Of a stretch of 64,000 nt of DNA, positions 31,701 through 45,534 are shown in pieces. Source of the stretch: Macrostomum lignano (Eukaryota); assembly GCA_002269645.1 (NCBI GenBank), contig NIVC01001769.1, forward strand, positions 124,001 through 188,000. The letters run 5' to 3'. Both the position numbers and the translations under genes were made by a program. Numbering within the stretch: position 1 is the first letter of the stretch; every line of letters begins with the position of its first letter. The notes below the pieces were generated by a model. The model was not told the origin of the DNA and made no database searches. It saw only the letters and a list, made by a program, of their open reading frames with translations.

Positions 31701-34700
31701 GAATATGGAGCAAGCCCGGTGTTTTGGTGTTCCCAAAGCTCCGCGACCTCAAGCTAGAGGCTGCAAGATGTCACTCAGAAACACAGAAAATTTACCTGGT
31801 GGTTCCTTACTACAATTCAGTTCTGTTATATCGTGTTATTTTTTGCTTTTCAAAAAACCGTCGCACACACCGGTGAGTCACTGCATTCTTTCCCCGCTAA
31901 TGAGCCGCACCTTTCGGCCTGACATCCCCCCCCCCTGTTTCTCTTCTCGCCTTTCGCCGTCGGCAACCAACTTCTGCTTTCGCTCTCCCAGACCTGGTGG
32001 GCGATTATTTTTCAAACTACAAGTTTTTTTCACAGCGTTCCAGCGCGCGTATGCAAGTCTGCAAGCGAAAGTTTCCGTATTGTGAAGGAAAAGTTAACTA
32101 GTTGTAGTGGCTGACCTCATTGCCTTCAGTTCACCTCCCCTGCTGGCAGTTTAACAAGGTCCCGACCTTGCAAAACCACCTTATATCCCTGGCCTCTTAT
32201 AACCTAATCATGCGCATTTTTGCAAGTCCATTCGGACTCCTCTCTGACCCTGTGCTGCCTCTGTACCCCTCGCATCTTTCTTCCCGAAATTCCCGAAGTG
32301 GGAAAAGTTAACAAGTCTAATATGCACTGGGCACAATTAGAACTGTATAAGACATAAGTGTATCCATACACATGTGTTGATACTAGCATTGAAAATCATA
32401 TTTCTTTGAAGTCCAGATGTCTGTTAGGATTTCTTTCGGATATTTAAATCTGTCACAAGATTACCTGTGTCAGATGCTTCAATCTGTGTCAGATGCTTCA
32501 ATCTGTGTCAGACGATGCTTCAATCTGTGTCAGATGCTTCAATCTGTGTCAGATGCTTCAATCTGTGTCAGATGCTTCAATCTGTGTCAGATGCTTCAAT
32601 CTGTGTCAGATGCTTCAATCTGTGTCAGATGCTTCAATCTGTGTCAGATGCTTCAATCTGTGTCAGATGCTTCAATCTGTGTCAGATGCTTCAATCTGTG
32701 TCAGATGCTTCAATCTGTGTCAGACGATGCTTCAATCTGTGTCAGATGCTTCAATCTGTGTCAGATGCTTCAATCTGTGTCAGACGATGCTTCAATCTGT
32801 GTCAGATGCTTCAATCTGTGTCAGATGCTTCAATCTGTGTCAGATGCTTCAATCTGTGTCAGATGCTTCAATCTGTGTCAGATGCTTCAATCTGTGTCAG
32901 GAGACTTTTAATCTGGCAATTAGGGAAGCTAAGATAGTCAGTTTAGTTTAATAAGGTGTTTACAGTCCAGATGTGTCAAAGACCCTTCAAGCTCTTACGG
33001 CAGAGAAAAGTCAACAAATTTTTAGATTCGCCCTTTCAGACAAGTTCTGACTTGCTGTACTTTGACCCAAGCCAATGCAGCCATGGTAGGCTGGACGAGA
33101 TGCCCCATCGCATCACTTTCAATCTTCCTGATCCTGCCTGTTCCGCCCCTGGATATTGTTCGACGGTCTGCAAGTTGTTAGACATGATGATGAATGAAAG
33201 CCCCCTCCCCGCGAAGCTGCAGGTGCTGCCACTTGCACCAGAGGGAAGAGAATAGAGCAGTAGAAAAAGAACACAGACCCGTTCACTCCTTGACAGGCTA
33301 AAAGAGAAACGGCGAGGCCTCAGACTCCAGTAGATCCCGTGTGCAATCCGAAAAAATGCAGATTACAGAGGCTGGGGCGAAACTAATTGGAATCTGCAGC
33401 CTCATCGCGCTTCATCTTAACTTTTTCTCACCTTTTCGGTTCCGCCGCTGATACCGCGGGATTTCATTTCGTGTTTCTTGGCATCTGCGCCCTTTGCCTC
33501 GCCACGCGAAATGGGATCCACTCTCGGGTCGCGAGGATGTGCAGTGGCTCGATTGAATTATAGTGCACCGCCTTCTGAATCCATGTGGGTTTTTTTTACA
33601 ATCCTTTGAACTTTGCCGATGTTGCCCAGGTGTGCGCGAGTTTCTTAGTTTGCGGATCTTCAGTTCTGGCTTTGTCAGCTCGCTTTTATAGTTGTGGCAA
33701 TATTAAGCTGCCTTGTGGCTTCTTCTTTCGTCTTCTCCGACTTCTGGCTCCTTCTTGTGGCTTCATCTTGTGGCTTCTTCTTTCGTCGTCTCCGACTTCT
33801 GGCTCCTTCATCTTCTGGCTTCTTCTTCTCGCTTCTTCTTCTGGCTTTTTCTTCTGGCTTCTCCTTCTGGCTTCATCTTGTGGCTTCTTCTTCTGGCTTC
33901 TTCTTCTGGCTTCTTTTTCTGGCTTCTTCTTCTGGCTTCTTCTTGTGGCTTGATCTTCTGGCTTCTTCTTCTGGCTTCTTCTTCTGGCTTCTTCTTCTGG
34001 CTTCTTCTTGTGGCTTCATCTTGTGGCTTCTTCTTCTGGCTTCATCTTGTGGCTTCTTCTTCTGGCCTCATCTTGTGGCTTCATCTTCTGGCTTCATCTC
34101 GTGGCTTCTTCTTGTGGCTTCAACTTGTGGCTTCTTCTTGTGGCTTCATCTTCTGGCTTCATCTCGTGGCTTCTTCTTGTGGCTTCAACTTGTGGCTTCT
34201 TCTTCTGGCTTCTTCTTCTGGCTTCTTCTTGTGGCTTCATCTTGTGGCTTCATCTTGTGGCTTCTTCTTCTGGCTTCATCTTGTGGCTTCTTCTTCTGGC
34301 TTCATCTTGTGGCTTCATCTTCTGGCTTCATCTCGTGGCTTCATCTTCAGGCTCCCTATTCCGGCATTTGGACTTCTTAAGATGCCTTCTTCAAGTATAT
34401 TTATAACTTTTATAATACTTCAGCATGCGCATAAATTGCGAAGAAACGATAGCTAATCTTTTAACTGTCTGCTTTTAAAAGAAAAACGCAACACATCCGG
34501 TCGCAATGGGGATGACTCAGCTGCCACAATTTTTTCCAAACAAAAATGTTGTCATCAAAGCCAGAAATGTCAGATTGCTTTGTTCGCCGCTGATAATTGA
34601 CAAATTCTGAAATGTTTTCAAGACCATGGGGCTATCGCAGGTAAAAAGGGGGATTTGCTTGCGAAAGGAAAGAATATTGATGGGGCTGTTTACCTGTATA

Positions 34701-37700
34701 AGATTGCTTGTTATAATTCCTTACCGCGGGGGGGGGGGAACGAGCCATTAGGGCGTGACGCCTCTCTTCCCTCCTCCATCGCTCATCTACCTGCCTCTTA
34801 AATTTTGCCTCGGACCATTCAGTCACTCCGGTCTTTGTCTGTTCGGAAATGGCTCGACAATAAATTCTTGCTGTTCTGGCCTTTTTAGCCACAAGTCAGC
34901 TGCTTGCCTTCAAGCCGTTTAGCACTGTCTGCGCGTAATTTTGGCGGTGTCTGTTATCCTGAAATGAAGCCACGGAAGGTTAACTGAAAAAATGTAAAAC
35001 TATATTTTGGGCGGGTGGTGCTGTGTCCGGCCCGGCTGCCTGCTGTGGCTGGGAACCACAGGTGTTTTTGTTGGGCATCTAGGGACTGCGGTTTCCCCTT
35101 TCGCTTCAACCTGTGCCCCCTACACTCAACCAGTGCCCCCTACACCTCAACCAGTGCCCCCTACACTCAACCAGTGCCCCCTACACCTCAGCCAGTGCCC
35201 CTACACCTCAACCAGTGCCCCCTACACCTCAACCAGTGCCCCCTACACCTCAACCAGTGCCCCCTACACCTCAACCAGTGCCCCCTACACCTCAGCCAGT
35301 GCCCCTACACCTCAACCAGTGCCCCCTACACTCAACCAGTGCCCCCTACACCTCAGCCAGTGCCCCCTACACTCAACCAGTGCCCCCTACACCTCAGCCA
35401 GTGCCCCTACACCTCAACCAGTGCCCCCTACACCTCAACCAGTGCCCCCTACACCTCAACCAGTGCCCCCTACACCTCAACCAGTGCCCCTACACCTCAA
35501 CCAGTGCCCCCTACACCTCAGCCAGTGCCCCTACACCTCAACCAGTGCCCCCTACACCTCAACCAGTGCCCCCTACACCTCAACCAGTGCCCCCTACACT
35601 CAACCAGTGCCCCTACACCTCAGCCAGTGCCCCTACACCTCAGCCAGTGCCCCTACACCTCAGCCAGTGCCCCTACACCTCAGCCAGTGCCCCTACACCT
35701 CAACCAGTGCCCCCTACACCTCAGCCAGTGCCCCTACACCTCAGCCAGTGCCCCCTACACCTCAGCCAGTGCCCCCTACACTCAGCCAGTGCCCCTACAC
35801 CTCAACCAGTGCCCCCTACACCTCAGCCAGTGCCCCTACACCTCAGCCAGTGCCCCCTACACCTCAGCCAGTGCCCCCTACACTCAGCCAGTGCCCCTAC
35901 ACCTCAGCCAGTGCCCCCTACACCTCAGCCAGTGCCTCCTGTCCTGCACCTCAGCCAGTGCCTCCTGCACCTCAGCCAGTGCCAAAATATGAATAGAAGC
36001 CAAGAAATAGTCAAACAGCTCTTATCCAAAGATTAATTTCTACTTATAATTTAGTTGCTAAGGGCTCTCTACTAGCTCTGTCTTCACTGAGCCACTATTG
36101 CCAATGCAAACAAGTTTTCAGCTCTGTGTATGTTGTGTGTCCAATATTAAACAATAGCCAAGTTGGTACGAATTGTGTACAGCAAATTTACCGAATATTT
36201 CATTTAGCTGGGCTGTAGACGAAGACCCACTCTTGACCTAGGTGGTTTTCTCTCAAAATATTCGAACTCGCCTTCGCTACACGTCTGCGAGCGTCATTTT
36301 TATGTACTTCTAAAACTGAGTTTTTGCCTGCAAATAAGTCTTTTAAGTCTGAATCTGAGATTCTTTAACTATAGTTTCTATTCCACGTAATATTGTAACT
36401 CGTTCATGGACTGCAAACCTATATTAGTAGTCTGGTCTGGACCTTAGTGTAGTAATTGAAAGATTCCTAGATCCTAGATCCTAGATCCTAGATCCCAGAT
36501 CCTAGATCCCAGATCCTAGATCCCAGATCCTAGATCCCAGATCCTAGATCCCAGATCCTAGATCCCAGATCCTAGATCCCAGATCCTAGATCCCAGATCC
36601 TAGATCCCAGATCCTAGATCCCAGATCCTAGATCCCAGATCCTAGATCCCAGATCCTAGATCCCAGATCCTAGATCCCAGATCCTAGATCCCAGATCCTA
36701 GATCCCAGATCCTAGATCCCAGATCCTAGATCCCAGATCCTAGATCCCAGATCCTAGATCCCAGATCCTAGATCCCAGATCCTAGATCCCAGATCCTAGA
36801 TCCCAGATCCTAGATCCCAGATCCTAGATCCCAGATCCTAGATCCCAGATCCTAGATCCCAGATCCTAGATCCCAGATCCTAGATCCCAGATCCTAGATC
36901 CCAGATCCTAGATCCCAGATCCTAGATCCCAGATCCTAGATCCCAGATCCTAGATCCCAGATCCTAGATCCCAGATCCTAGATCCCAGATCCTAGATCCC
37001 AGATCCTAGATCCCAGATCCTAGATCCCAGATCCTAGATCCCAGATCCTAGATCCCAGATCCTAGATCCCAGATCCTAGATCCCAGATCCTAGATCCCAG
37101 ATCCTAGATCCCAGATCCTAGATCCCAGATCCTAGATCCCAGATCCTAGATCCCAGATCCTAGATCCCAATCCTAGATCCCAGATCCTAGATCCCAGATC
37201 CTAGATCCCAGATCCTAGATCCCAGATCCTAGATCCCAGATCCTAGATCCCAGATCCTAGATCCCAGATCCTAGATCCCAGATCCTAGATCCCAGATCCT
37301 AGATCCCAGATCCTAGATCCCAGATCCTAGATCCCAGATCCTAGATCCCAGATCCTAGATCCCAGATCCTAGATCCCAGATCCTAGATCCCAGATCCTAG
37401 ATCCCAGATCCTAGATCCCAGATCCTAGATCCCAGATCCTAGATCCCAGATCCTAGATCCCAGATCCTAGATCCCAGATCCTAGATCCCAGATCCTAGAT
37501 CCCAGATCCTAGATCCCAGATCCTAGATCCCAGATCCTAGATCCCAGATCCTAGATCCCAGATCCTAGATCCCAGATCCTAGATCCCAGATCCTAGATCC
37601 CAGATCCTAGATCCCAGATCCTAGATCCCAGATCCTAGATCCCAGATCCTAGATCCCAGATCCTAGATCCCAGATCCTAGATCCCAGATCCTAGATCCCA

Positions 37701-39268
37701 GATCCTAGATCCCAGATCCTAGATCCCAGATCCTAGATCCCAGATCCTAGATCCCAGATCCTAGATCCCAGATCCTAGATCCCAGATCCTAGATCCCAGA
37801 TCCTAGATCCCAGATCCTAGATCCCAGATCCTAGATCCCAGATCCTAGATCCCAGATCCTAGATCCCAGATCCTAGATCCCAGATCCTAGATCCCAGATC
37901 CTAGATCCCAGATCCTAGATCCCAGATCCTAGATCCCAGATCCTAGATCCCAGATCCTAGATCCCAGATCCTAGATCCCAGATCCTAGATCCCAGATCCT
38001 AGATCCCAGATCCTAGATCCCAGATCCTAGATCCCAGATCCTAGATCCCAGATCCTAGATCCCAGATCCTAGATCCCAGATCCTAGATCCCAGATCCTAG
38101 ATCCCAGATCCTAGATCCCAGATCCTAGATCCCAGATCCTAGATCCCAGATCCTAGATCCCAGATCCTAGATCCCAGATCCTAGATCCCAGATCCTAGAT
38201 CCCAGATCCTAGATCCCAGATCCTAGATCCCAGATCCTAGATCCCAGATCCTAGATCCCAGATCCTAGATCCCAGATCCTAGATCCCAGATCCTAGATCC
38301 CAGATCCTAGATCCCAGATCCTAGATCCCAGATCCTAGATCCCAGATCCTAGATCCCAAGCAACGTATCAGAAACTCTAGATCCACTAACATCAATTTGT
38401 TACTGATATTTTCTGAGACAGCAGTCATAGATCATATCTCTATTGAAGCCACACATCCCGGACACTGAACCCACTGTTTGACTTCCACTTGACCCTCCGA
38501 GAGCCTCGTTTATCTCCCAAAGTTTGGTAAGCTTTGCAAAGTCACTAAGACTAAACTTGATTTGCGTATCGCATAGCCCCAAGGCCCTATGACGCAACAG
38601 TTCCCAATCAGTGTTTCTGATATTTTCATGGGTTTAACAGCAAATTTCTTAGCTTTTTTGTGTCCCAAAATCCGCTTGTTGGATTTTTCATATCGACATG
38701 GATGAAGCATGCGGAATTCCCAGAGTGGACAGAGATGAGGCTTGAGCTGCTGGCTGCCCGGGTGGCGGTGGGAATTACACCATTTGATAAATCGATTTTG
38801 CCCATTCCATAACTGAACATCAGCCTGGGTAGCTGGTTATCTATAGAAAATCCAACACGAAAATGCATACTCGGTGCTGCCTTGCATCGAGTGATTGACA
38901 AGATATTTGGGGTTGGCTAAATTGCCAGATTAGCCGGCTCTAAGGTCCGCATGCCATGGGCGAACATGTGCTCATCTCGAATAGCGGGGAAAATATTTCT
39001 AAATCTTTTTTTCTCGAGTTTCTTTTCAAAGTTTTCTGCGTTTATATTGCGCTTTTTTAGATACAGTAAATGTTGCAGAAGTGAATTGGGACTAAAATTT
39101 GTATTGGGAATAAAATCATCAGTGCGCAGTAAAGAGACTCATTGAATTTGAAGTGCCGTCTGCTTGCAAGTTTCAGTCAGTTGGCTTGGCATTCTGGTTA
39201 GATGGTTGGGATATTTTCAGCTATGGAACTTGGCTGTCTAAACTCTAATGCCTCATCTTCCCAAGATT

Positions 39269-39347
<79 letters not shown>

Positions 39348-40907
39348 TAGATCTCTCGCCTCTCTACCCTTAGAAGTTCATATGCTCTTCCCTAGATGTC
39401 TCTCCTTTCTCCCTTAGATCTCTCTCATCTCTGCCTTAGATCTCTCTCCTCTCTCCCTTAGATCTCTCTTATCTCTCCCTTGGATCACTCTCATCTCTCC
39501 CTTGGATCTCTCTCCTCTCTCCCTAGATCTCTGTCATCTCTCCCTTAGATCTCTCTCCTCTCTCCCTTAGATCTCTCTCCTCTCTCCATTAGATCTCTCT
39601 CATCTCTCCCTTAGATCTCTCTCATCTCTCCCTTAGATCTCTCTCCTCTCTCCCTTGGATCTCTCTCCTCTCTCCCTTGGATCTCTCTCCTCTCTCCCTA
39701 GATCTCTGTCATCTCTCCCTTAGATCTCTCTCCTCTCTCCCTTAGATCTCTCTCCTCTCTCCCATAGATCTTTCTCATCTCTCCCTCAGATCTCTCTCCT
39801 CTCTCCCTTGGATCTCTCTCCTCTCTCCCTTGGATCTCTCTCCTCTCTCCCTTGGATCTCTCTCCTCTCTCCCTAGATCTCTGTCATCTCTCCCTTAGAT
39901 CTCTCCCTCTCTCCCTTAGATCTCTCTCCTCTCTCCCATAGATCTTTCTCATCTCTCCCTCAGATCTCTCTCCTCTCTCCCTTGGATCTCTCTCCTCTCT
40001 CCCTTGGATCTCTCTCCTCTCTCCCTTGGATCTCTCTCCTCTCTCCCTTGGATCTCTCTCCTCTCTCCCTAGATCTCTGTCATCTCTCCCTTAGATCTCT
40101 CTCCTCTCTCCCTTAGATCTCTCTCCTCTCTCCCATAGATCTTTCTCATCTCTCCCTCAGATCTCTCTCATCTCTCCCTTAGATCTCTATTCTCTCTCCC
40201 TTAAATCTCTCCTTTCTCCCCTAGATCTCTATTCCTTTTTCACAATCAGCCTAAATCATCATTCTCCTAGACCTTTATCTACCCTGTTTGTTTTTAAACC
40301 TTGACGCTATAAATGACCACAACAAGGACAAACGCCAAACAGTCTAACACTAACCCACAATCCCATCCACCCAGTGCTGCTCTGCATCGGCGGCCTGCTC
40401 ACGTATCCTGTCGGCTTCGGATCTCCGGTAGTTCGGCACTTCTGCCATCGCCAATCTGCACCCAGCGGCGTGTTTCGCACTGGCATCTGCGAGCTGGGCT
40501 GGAGCTACCTGCTGGCTGCCATGGTGACCTCCCTGGCTCTGTTCTGCCCCATCCTGGCCAGCCTCTACGACATCCACGTCTGCCTTCAACTTGCCGATAG
40601 CTCGGCGGGCGAGGGCAGCCCGACCAGCGGGTTCTACTCAGACACGGAGAGATCAGTGGAACGAATCTCTCACCGACCGTCCATTGTGTCAACGTCGAAC
40701 AAGCAGCCTCCAGGAGCCGCGTCCTCGGCAGTGCCGGCGGCGCCTCGCGTCGAGGCACATTCGGCAACAAGCACAGCAACAACAATAACAACTGGTCTCC
40801 GCTGTCCTCGCACTCGCACTCTCAGTCGCAGCTGCACTCGCATCAGCAGTCATCGAACTCGCACTCGCACTCGCACTCGCACTCGCACTCGCACTCGCAC
40901 TCAGTGA
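28796..40907 (+). CDS. LHFPL: LHFPL / TMEM211-like tetraspan membrane protein, two exons (upstream in-frame ATG at 28661 also possible)
   Basis: Exon 1 28796-29186 (FLWCLLSIL...QPFWI...LGVFSFC...C..Y...FANLPSDAWRATCVLFGGG...GCVQGVA) and exon 2 40375-40907 (VLLCIGGLLTYPVGFGSPVVRHFC...FRTGICELGWSYLLA). Phase-1 GT-AG intron 29187-40374. Confidence 0.85.
29205..30145 (+). repeat. 24-bp minisatellite
   Basis: CTCAATAAGTGTCAGGGAGG(A/G)TGG. Confidence 0.95.
32464..32899 (+). repeat. 19-bp minisatellite
   Basis: TGCTTCAATCTGTGTCAGA. Confidence 0.97.
33700..34350 (+). repeat. ~13-bp low-complexity tandem repeat
   Basis: TGGCTTCTTCTTC / TGGCTTCATCTTG. Confidence 0.9.
35108..35985 (+). repeat. 20-21-bp minisatellite
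   Basis: CCTCA(A/G)CCAGTGCCCC(C)TACA. Confidence 0.95.
36468..38358 (+). repeat. Near-perfect 14-bp tandem array (~1.9 kb)
   Basis: (AGATCCTAGATCCC)n with only one visible variant, near 37168. Confidence 0.98.
39268..40230 (+). repeat. (CT)n microsatellite plus CT-rich ~22-bp satellite with TAGATCT core
   Basis: (CT)n at 39268-39342, then TAGATCTCTCTCCTCTCTCCCT units. Confidence 0.93.
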
Positions 40908-40994
40908 CCGGAGCTCCTGTAGCGCATCTGTGAATTTGATTGCTGTTTAATTGGACTGCAGATCAGCTTCGTCATGTAACTCGTTGTGGTATTA

Positions 40995-41455
40995 GGGGCC
41001 ATTGTATTGTAGAGGGCTGCCATTGTATTGTAGAGGGGCGCCATTTTATTGTAGATGGGTGCCACTTTATTGTAAATGGGTGCCACTTTATTGTAGAGGG
41101 GTGCCACTTTATTGTAGAGGGGTGCCACTTTATTGTAGAGGGGTGCCACTTTATTGTAGAGGGGTGCCACTTTATTTTAGATGGGGTGCCACTTTATTGT
41201 AGAGGGGTGCCACTTTATTGTAGATGGGGTGCCACTTTATTGTAGATGGGGTGCCACTTAATTGTAGATGGGGTGCCACTTTATTGTATTGGGTGCCACT
41301 TTATTGTAGACGGGTGCCACTTTATTGTTGAGGGGTGCCACTTTATTGTAGATGGGGTGCCACTTTATTGTATTGGGTGCCACTTTATTGTAGAGGGGTG
41401 CCACTTTATTGTAGATGGGTGCCACTTTATTGTAGTGGGGTGCCACTTTATTTTA
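40995..41455 (+). repeat. 20-21-bp minisatellite just 3' of the LHFPL stop
   Basis: GTGCCACTTTATTGTAGAGGG; AATAAA further downstream at 41886. Confidence 0.93.
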
Positions 41456-41984
41456 GAATTCTACATAATATTAAGCTTTTTTGTTGCACAATTTTCTCTA
41501 AACTTGTATGCTCAAGAACTTTTATATTTTAATCATTGATGCTGTCTGTAAAATGTAACGTTTGTGTCGGTTGGCATTGTCAGTGACAGATATGGCTAAA
41601 ATTACAAGCGTATTGCCTGATCGGAAATAGCTTCCTAAATTTTTTCCCAGAAAAGGATATTTTTCTGGCAATCTCATCTGACCCTGAATGATTTATGATG
41701 CGAATATTGCAACTCATATTTCAACTCAATTTTGTAAATACTGGCATGAACTTCAGGCTAGACAGTGGGATTCATTAATCGAGTTTTTATATGTAGCATC
41801 AAATTTTGTGCTTTAAATTTTCATTAAAAAAATTCTCATTGATCAGCACCAGTCCTGAGCTACTGTGTATTGTATATCAGCTTTGAATAAAGTACTTGTT
41901 TATACATGCGTAAGATTTTGTCTTTTGTTTAACAACAGACATATCATTGATGCTGGTTTGGAATTCCAAAAGCCATCGCTCGAT

Positions 41985-44900
41985 CTCTGTTCCCTCTCCC
42001 TTAGATCTCTCTTTCCTCTCCCTTAGATCTCTCTTCGCTCTCCCTTAGATTTCTCTTCGCTCTCCCTTAGATCTCTCTTTCCTCTCCCTTAGATCTCTCT
42101 TTCCTCTCCCTTAGATCTCTCTTTCCTCTCCCTTAGATCTCTCTTTCCTCTCCCTTAGATCTCTCTTTCCTCTCCCTTAGATCTCTCTTTCCTCTCCCTT
42201 AGATCTCTCTTCGCTCTCCCTTAGATCTCTCTTCGCTCTCCCTTAGATCTCTCTTCGCTCTCCCTTAGATCTCTCTTCGCTCTCCCTTAGATCTCTCTCC
42301 TCTCTACTAGATCTCTCCTCTCTTCCCTAGATCTCTCCTCTTTCCCTAGATCTCGCTTCTCTGCTACCACTAGATCTCTCTCTCCCCTCTCCCCTCTAGA
42401 TCTCTCTCCTCTCTCTGTCTTAAATCTCTCTCCTCTCTGCCCTAGATCTTTCTCCTCTCCCCTCTAGATCTCTCTCCTCTCTCCCTTAGATCTCTCTCCT
42501 CTCCCCTCTAGATCTCTCTCCTCTCTCTGTCTTAAATCTCTCTCCTCTCTGCCCTAGATCTTTCTCCTCTCCCTTCTAGATCTCTCTCCTCTCCCCACTA
42601 AATCTCTCTCTTCTCCCCACTAGATCTCTCTCCTCTCCCCACTAGATCTCTCTCCTCTCTACACTAGATCTCTCTCCTCTCTACACTAGATCTCTCTCCT
42701 CTCCCCACTAGATCTCTCTCCTCTCTCCCTTAGATCTCTCTCCTCTTCCCTCTAGATCTCTCTCCTCTCTCTGTCTTAAATCTCTCTCCTCTCTGCCCTA
42801 GATCTTTCTCCTCTCCCTTCTAGATCTCTCTCCTCTCCCCACTAGATCTCTCTCTTCTCCTCACTAGATCTCTCTCCTCTCCCCACTAGATCTCTCTCCT
42901 CTCTACACTAGATCTCTCTCCTCTCCCCACTAGATCTCTCTCCTCTCCCTTCTAGATCTCCCTCCTCTCCTCACTAGATCTCTCTCCTCTCCCCACTAGA
43001 TCTCTCTCCTCTCTACACTAGATCTCTCTCCTCTCCCCATTAGATCTCTCTCCTCTTTCTTCTAGATCTCTCTCCTCTCCCCACTAGATCTCTCTCCTCT
43101 CTACACTAGATCTCTCTCCTCTCCCCACTAGATCTCTCTCCTCTCCCCACTAGATCTCTCTCCTCTCTACACTAGATCTCTCTCCTCTCCCCACTAGATC
43201 TCTCTCCTCTTCCTTCTAGATCTCTCTCCTCTCCTCACTAGATCTCTCTCCTCTCCCCACTAGATCTCTCTCCTCTCTACACTAGATCTCTCTCCTCTCC
43301 CCACTAGATCTCTCTCCTCTCCTCACTAGATCTCTCTCCTCTCCCCACTAGATCTCTCTCCTCTCTACACTAGATCTCTCTCCTCTCCCCACTAGATCTC
43401 TCTCCTCTCCCCACTAGATCTCTCTCCTCTCTACACTAGATCTCTCTCCTCTCCCCACTAGATCTCTCTCCTCTTCCTTCTAGATCTCTCTCCTCTCCTC
43501 ACTAGATCTCTCTCCTCTCCCCACTAGATCTCTCTCCTCTCCTCACTAGATCTCTCTCCTCTCCCCACTAGATCTCTCTCCTCTCCCCACTAGATCTCTC
43601 TCCTCTCCCCACTAGATCTCTCTCCTCTCCCCACTAGATCTCTCTCCTCTCTACACTAGATCTCTCTCCTCTCCCCACTAGATCTCTCTCCTCTTCCTTC
43701 TAGATCTCTCTCCTCTCCTCACTAGATCTCTCTCCTCTCCCCACTAGATCTCTCTCCTCTCTCTGTCTTAAATCTCTCTCCTCTCTGCCCTAGATCTTTC
43801 TCCTCTCCCTTCTAGATCTCTCTCCTCTCCCCACTAAATCTCTCTCTTCTCCCCACTAGATCTCTCTCCTCTCCCCACTAGATCTCTCTCCTCTCTACAC
43901 TAGATCTCTCTCTCCCCACTAGATCTCTCTCCTCTCCCTTCTAGATCTCTCTCCTCTCCTCACTAGATCTCTCTCCTCTCCCCACTAGATCTCTCTCCTC
44001 TCCCCACTAGATCTCTCTCCTCTCTACACTAGATCTCTCTCCTCTCCCCACTAGATCTCTCTCCTTTTCCTTCTAGATCTCTCTCCTCTCCTCACTAGAT
44101 CTCTCTCCTCTCCCCACTAGATCTCTCTCCTCTCTACACTAGATCTCTCTCCTCTCCCCACTAGATCTCTCTCCTCTCCCCACTAGATCTCTCTCCTCTC
44201 CTCACTAGATCTCTCTCCTCTCCCCACTAGATCTCCCTCCTCTTCCTTCTAGATCTCTCTCCTCTCCTCACTAGATCTTTCTCCTCTCCCTTCTAGATCT
44301 CTCTCCTCTCCCCACTAGATCTCTCTCTTCTCCCCACTAGATCTCTCTCCTCTCCCCACTAGATCTCTCTCCTCTCTACACTAGATCTCTCTTCTCTCCC
44401 CACTAGATCTCTCTCCTCTCCCTTCTAGATCTCCCTCCTCTCCTCACTAGATCTCTCTCCTCTCCCCACTAGATCTCTCTCCTCTCTACACTAGATCTCT
44501 CTCCTCTCCCCATTAGATCTCTCTCCTCTTTCTTCTAGATCTCTCTCCTCTCCTCACTAGATCTCTCTCCTCTCCCCACTAGATCTCTCTCCTCTCTACA
44601 CTAGATCTCTCTCCTCTCCCCACTAGATCTCTCTCCTCTCCCCACTAGATCTCTCTCCTCTCTACACTAGATCTCTCTCCTCTCCCCACTAGATCTCTCT
44701 CCTCTTCCTTCTAGATCTCTCTCCTCTCCTCACTAGATCTCTCTCCTCTCTACACTAGATCTCTCTTCTCTCCTCACTAGATCTCTCTCCTCTCCCCACT
44801 AGATCTCTCTCCTCTCCTCACTAGATCTCTCTCCTCTCCCCACTAGATCTCTCTCCTCTCTACACTAGATCTCTCTCCTCTCTACACTAGATCTCTCTCC

Positions 44901-45010
44901 TCTCTACACTAGATCTCTCTCCTCTCCCCACTAGATCTCTCTCCTCTCTACACTAGATCTCTCTCCTCTCCCCACTAGATCTCTCTCCTCTCCCTTCTAG
45001 ATCTCTCTCC
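41985..45010 (+). repeat. 3-kb CT-rich 22-bp satellite
   Basis: ACTAGATCTCTCTCCTCTCCCC and variants. Confidence 0.97.
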
Positions 45011-45534
45011 TCTCCTCACTATAAAACGTCGCTCTTTTCTCCCTACTTCTCTCTCCTCTCTCTCTCTCCTAAATCTATTCCTTTCGATCGGTCTTCCGGT
45101 TCGATTTGAACTACTCGCAAGCATATAATTACCACATTATTATCTACACTTATTATAGTTAACTTCAAACCAGCGAATGCACTTTTGCGGATTATCGCCG
45201 TTAGTCCATGGACAGAGCGAGCCCCAGCAACCCCAACCGCCTTCGCCCAGAAGCCGCCCCGGCACCCCTAAATTCATTTGTCAAAGTCTGCTTCTGTCAG
45301 AACTACCCACTGGGTGCTGTGTGGAAGGCGCGCAAAGCAATTTGTTCGGGTCTGGGAATTTTATGAGCGCAAACTTGCAGAACTTGAGCACCAGAGCATG
45401 CCACACTGTGCTCGCAAGGGTACCCGCCATTCCAGTCTTAACTTGTGGCCTGCCTCAGATGAGAGAAATGAGAAACTGAGAAGGAACAAAATTACTCGAA
45501 AAATATTTCTTGCGTCCCTAGAGAAAGCCAAGAG

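Noticed and set aside
26357-36036. Long ORFs at 26.4-27.2, 29.0-30.1, 31.1-31.7, 32.4-32.9, 33.6-34.4 and 35.0-36.0 kb
   Set aside because: All are translations of stop-poor tandem or low-complexity arrays, open in several frames at once.
30170-39260. Nested gene or retroelement in the unique islands of the LHFPL intron
   Set aside because: Frames I translated by hand at ~33.1, 33.6 and 38.7 kb gave no recognisable protein motifs.
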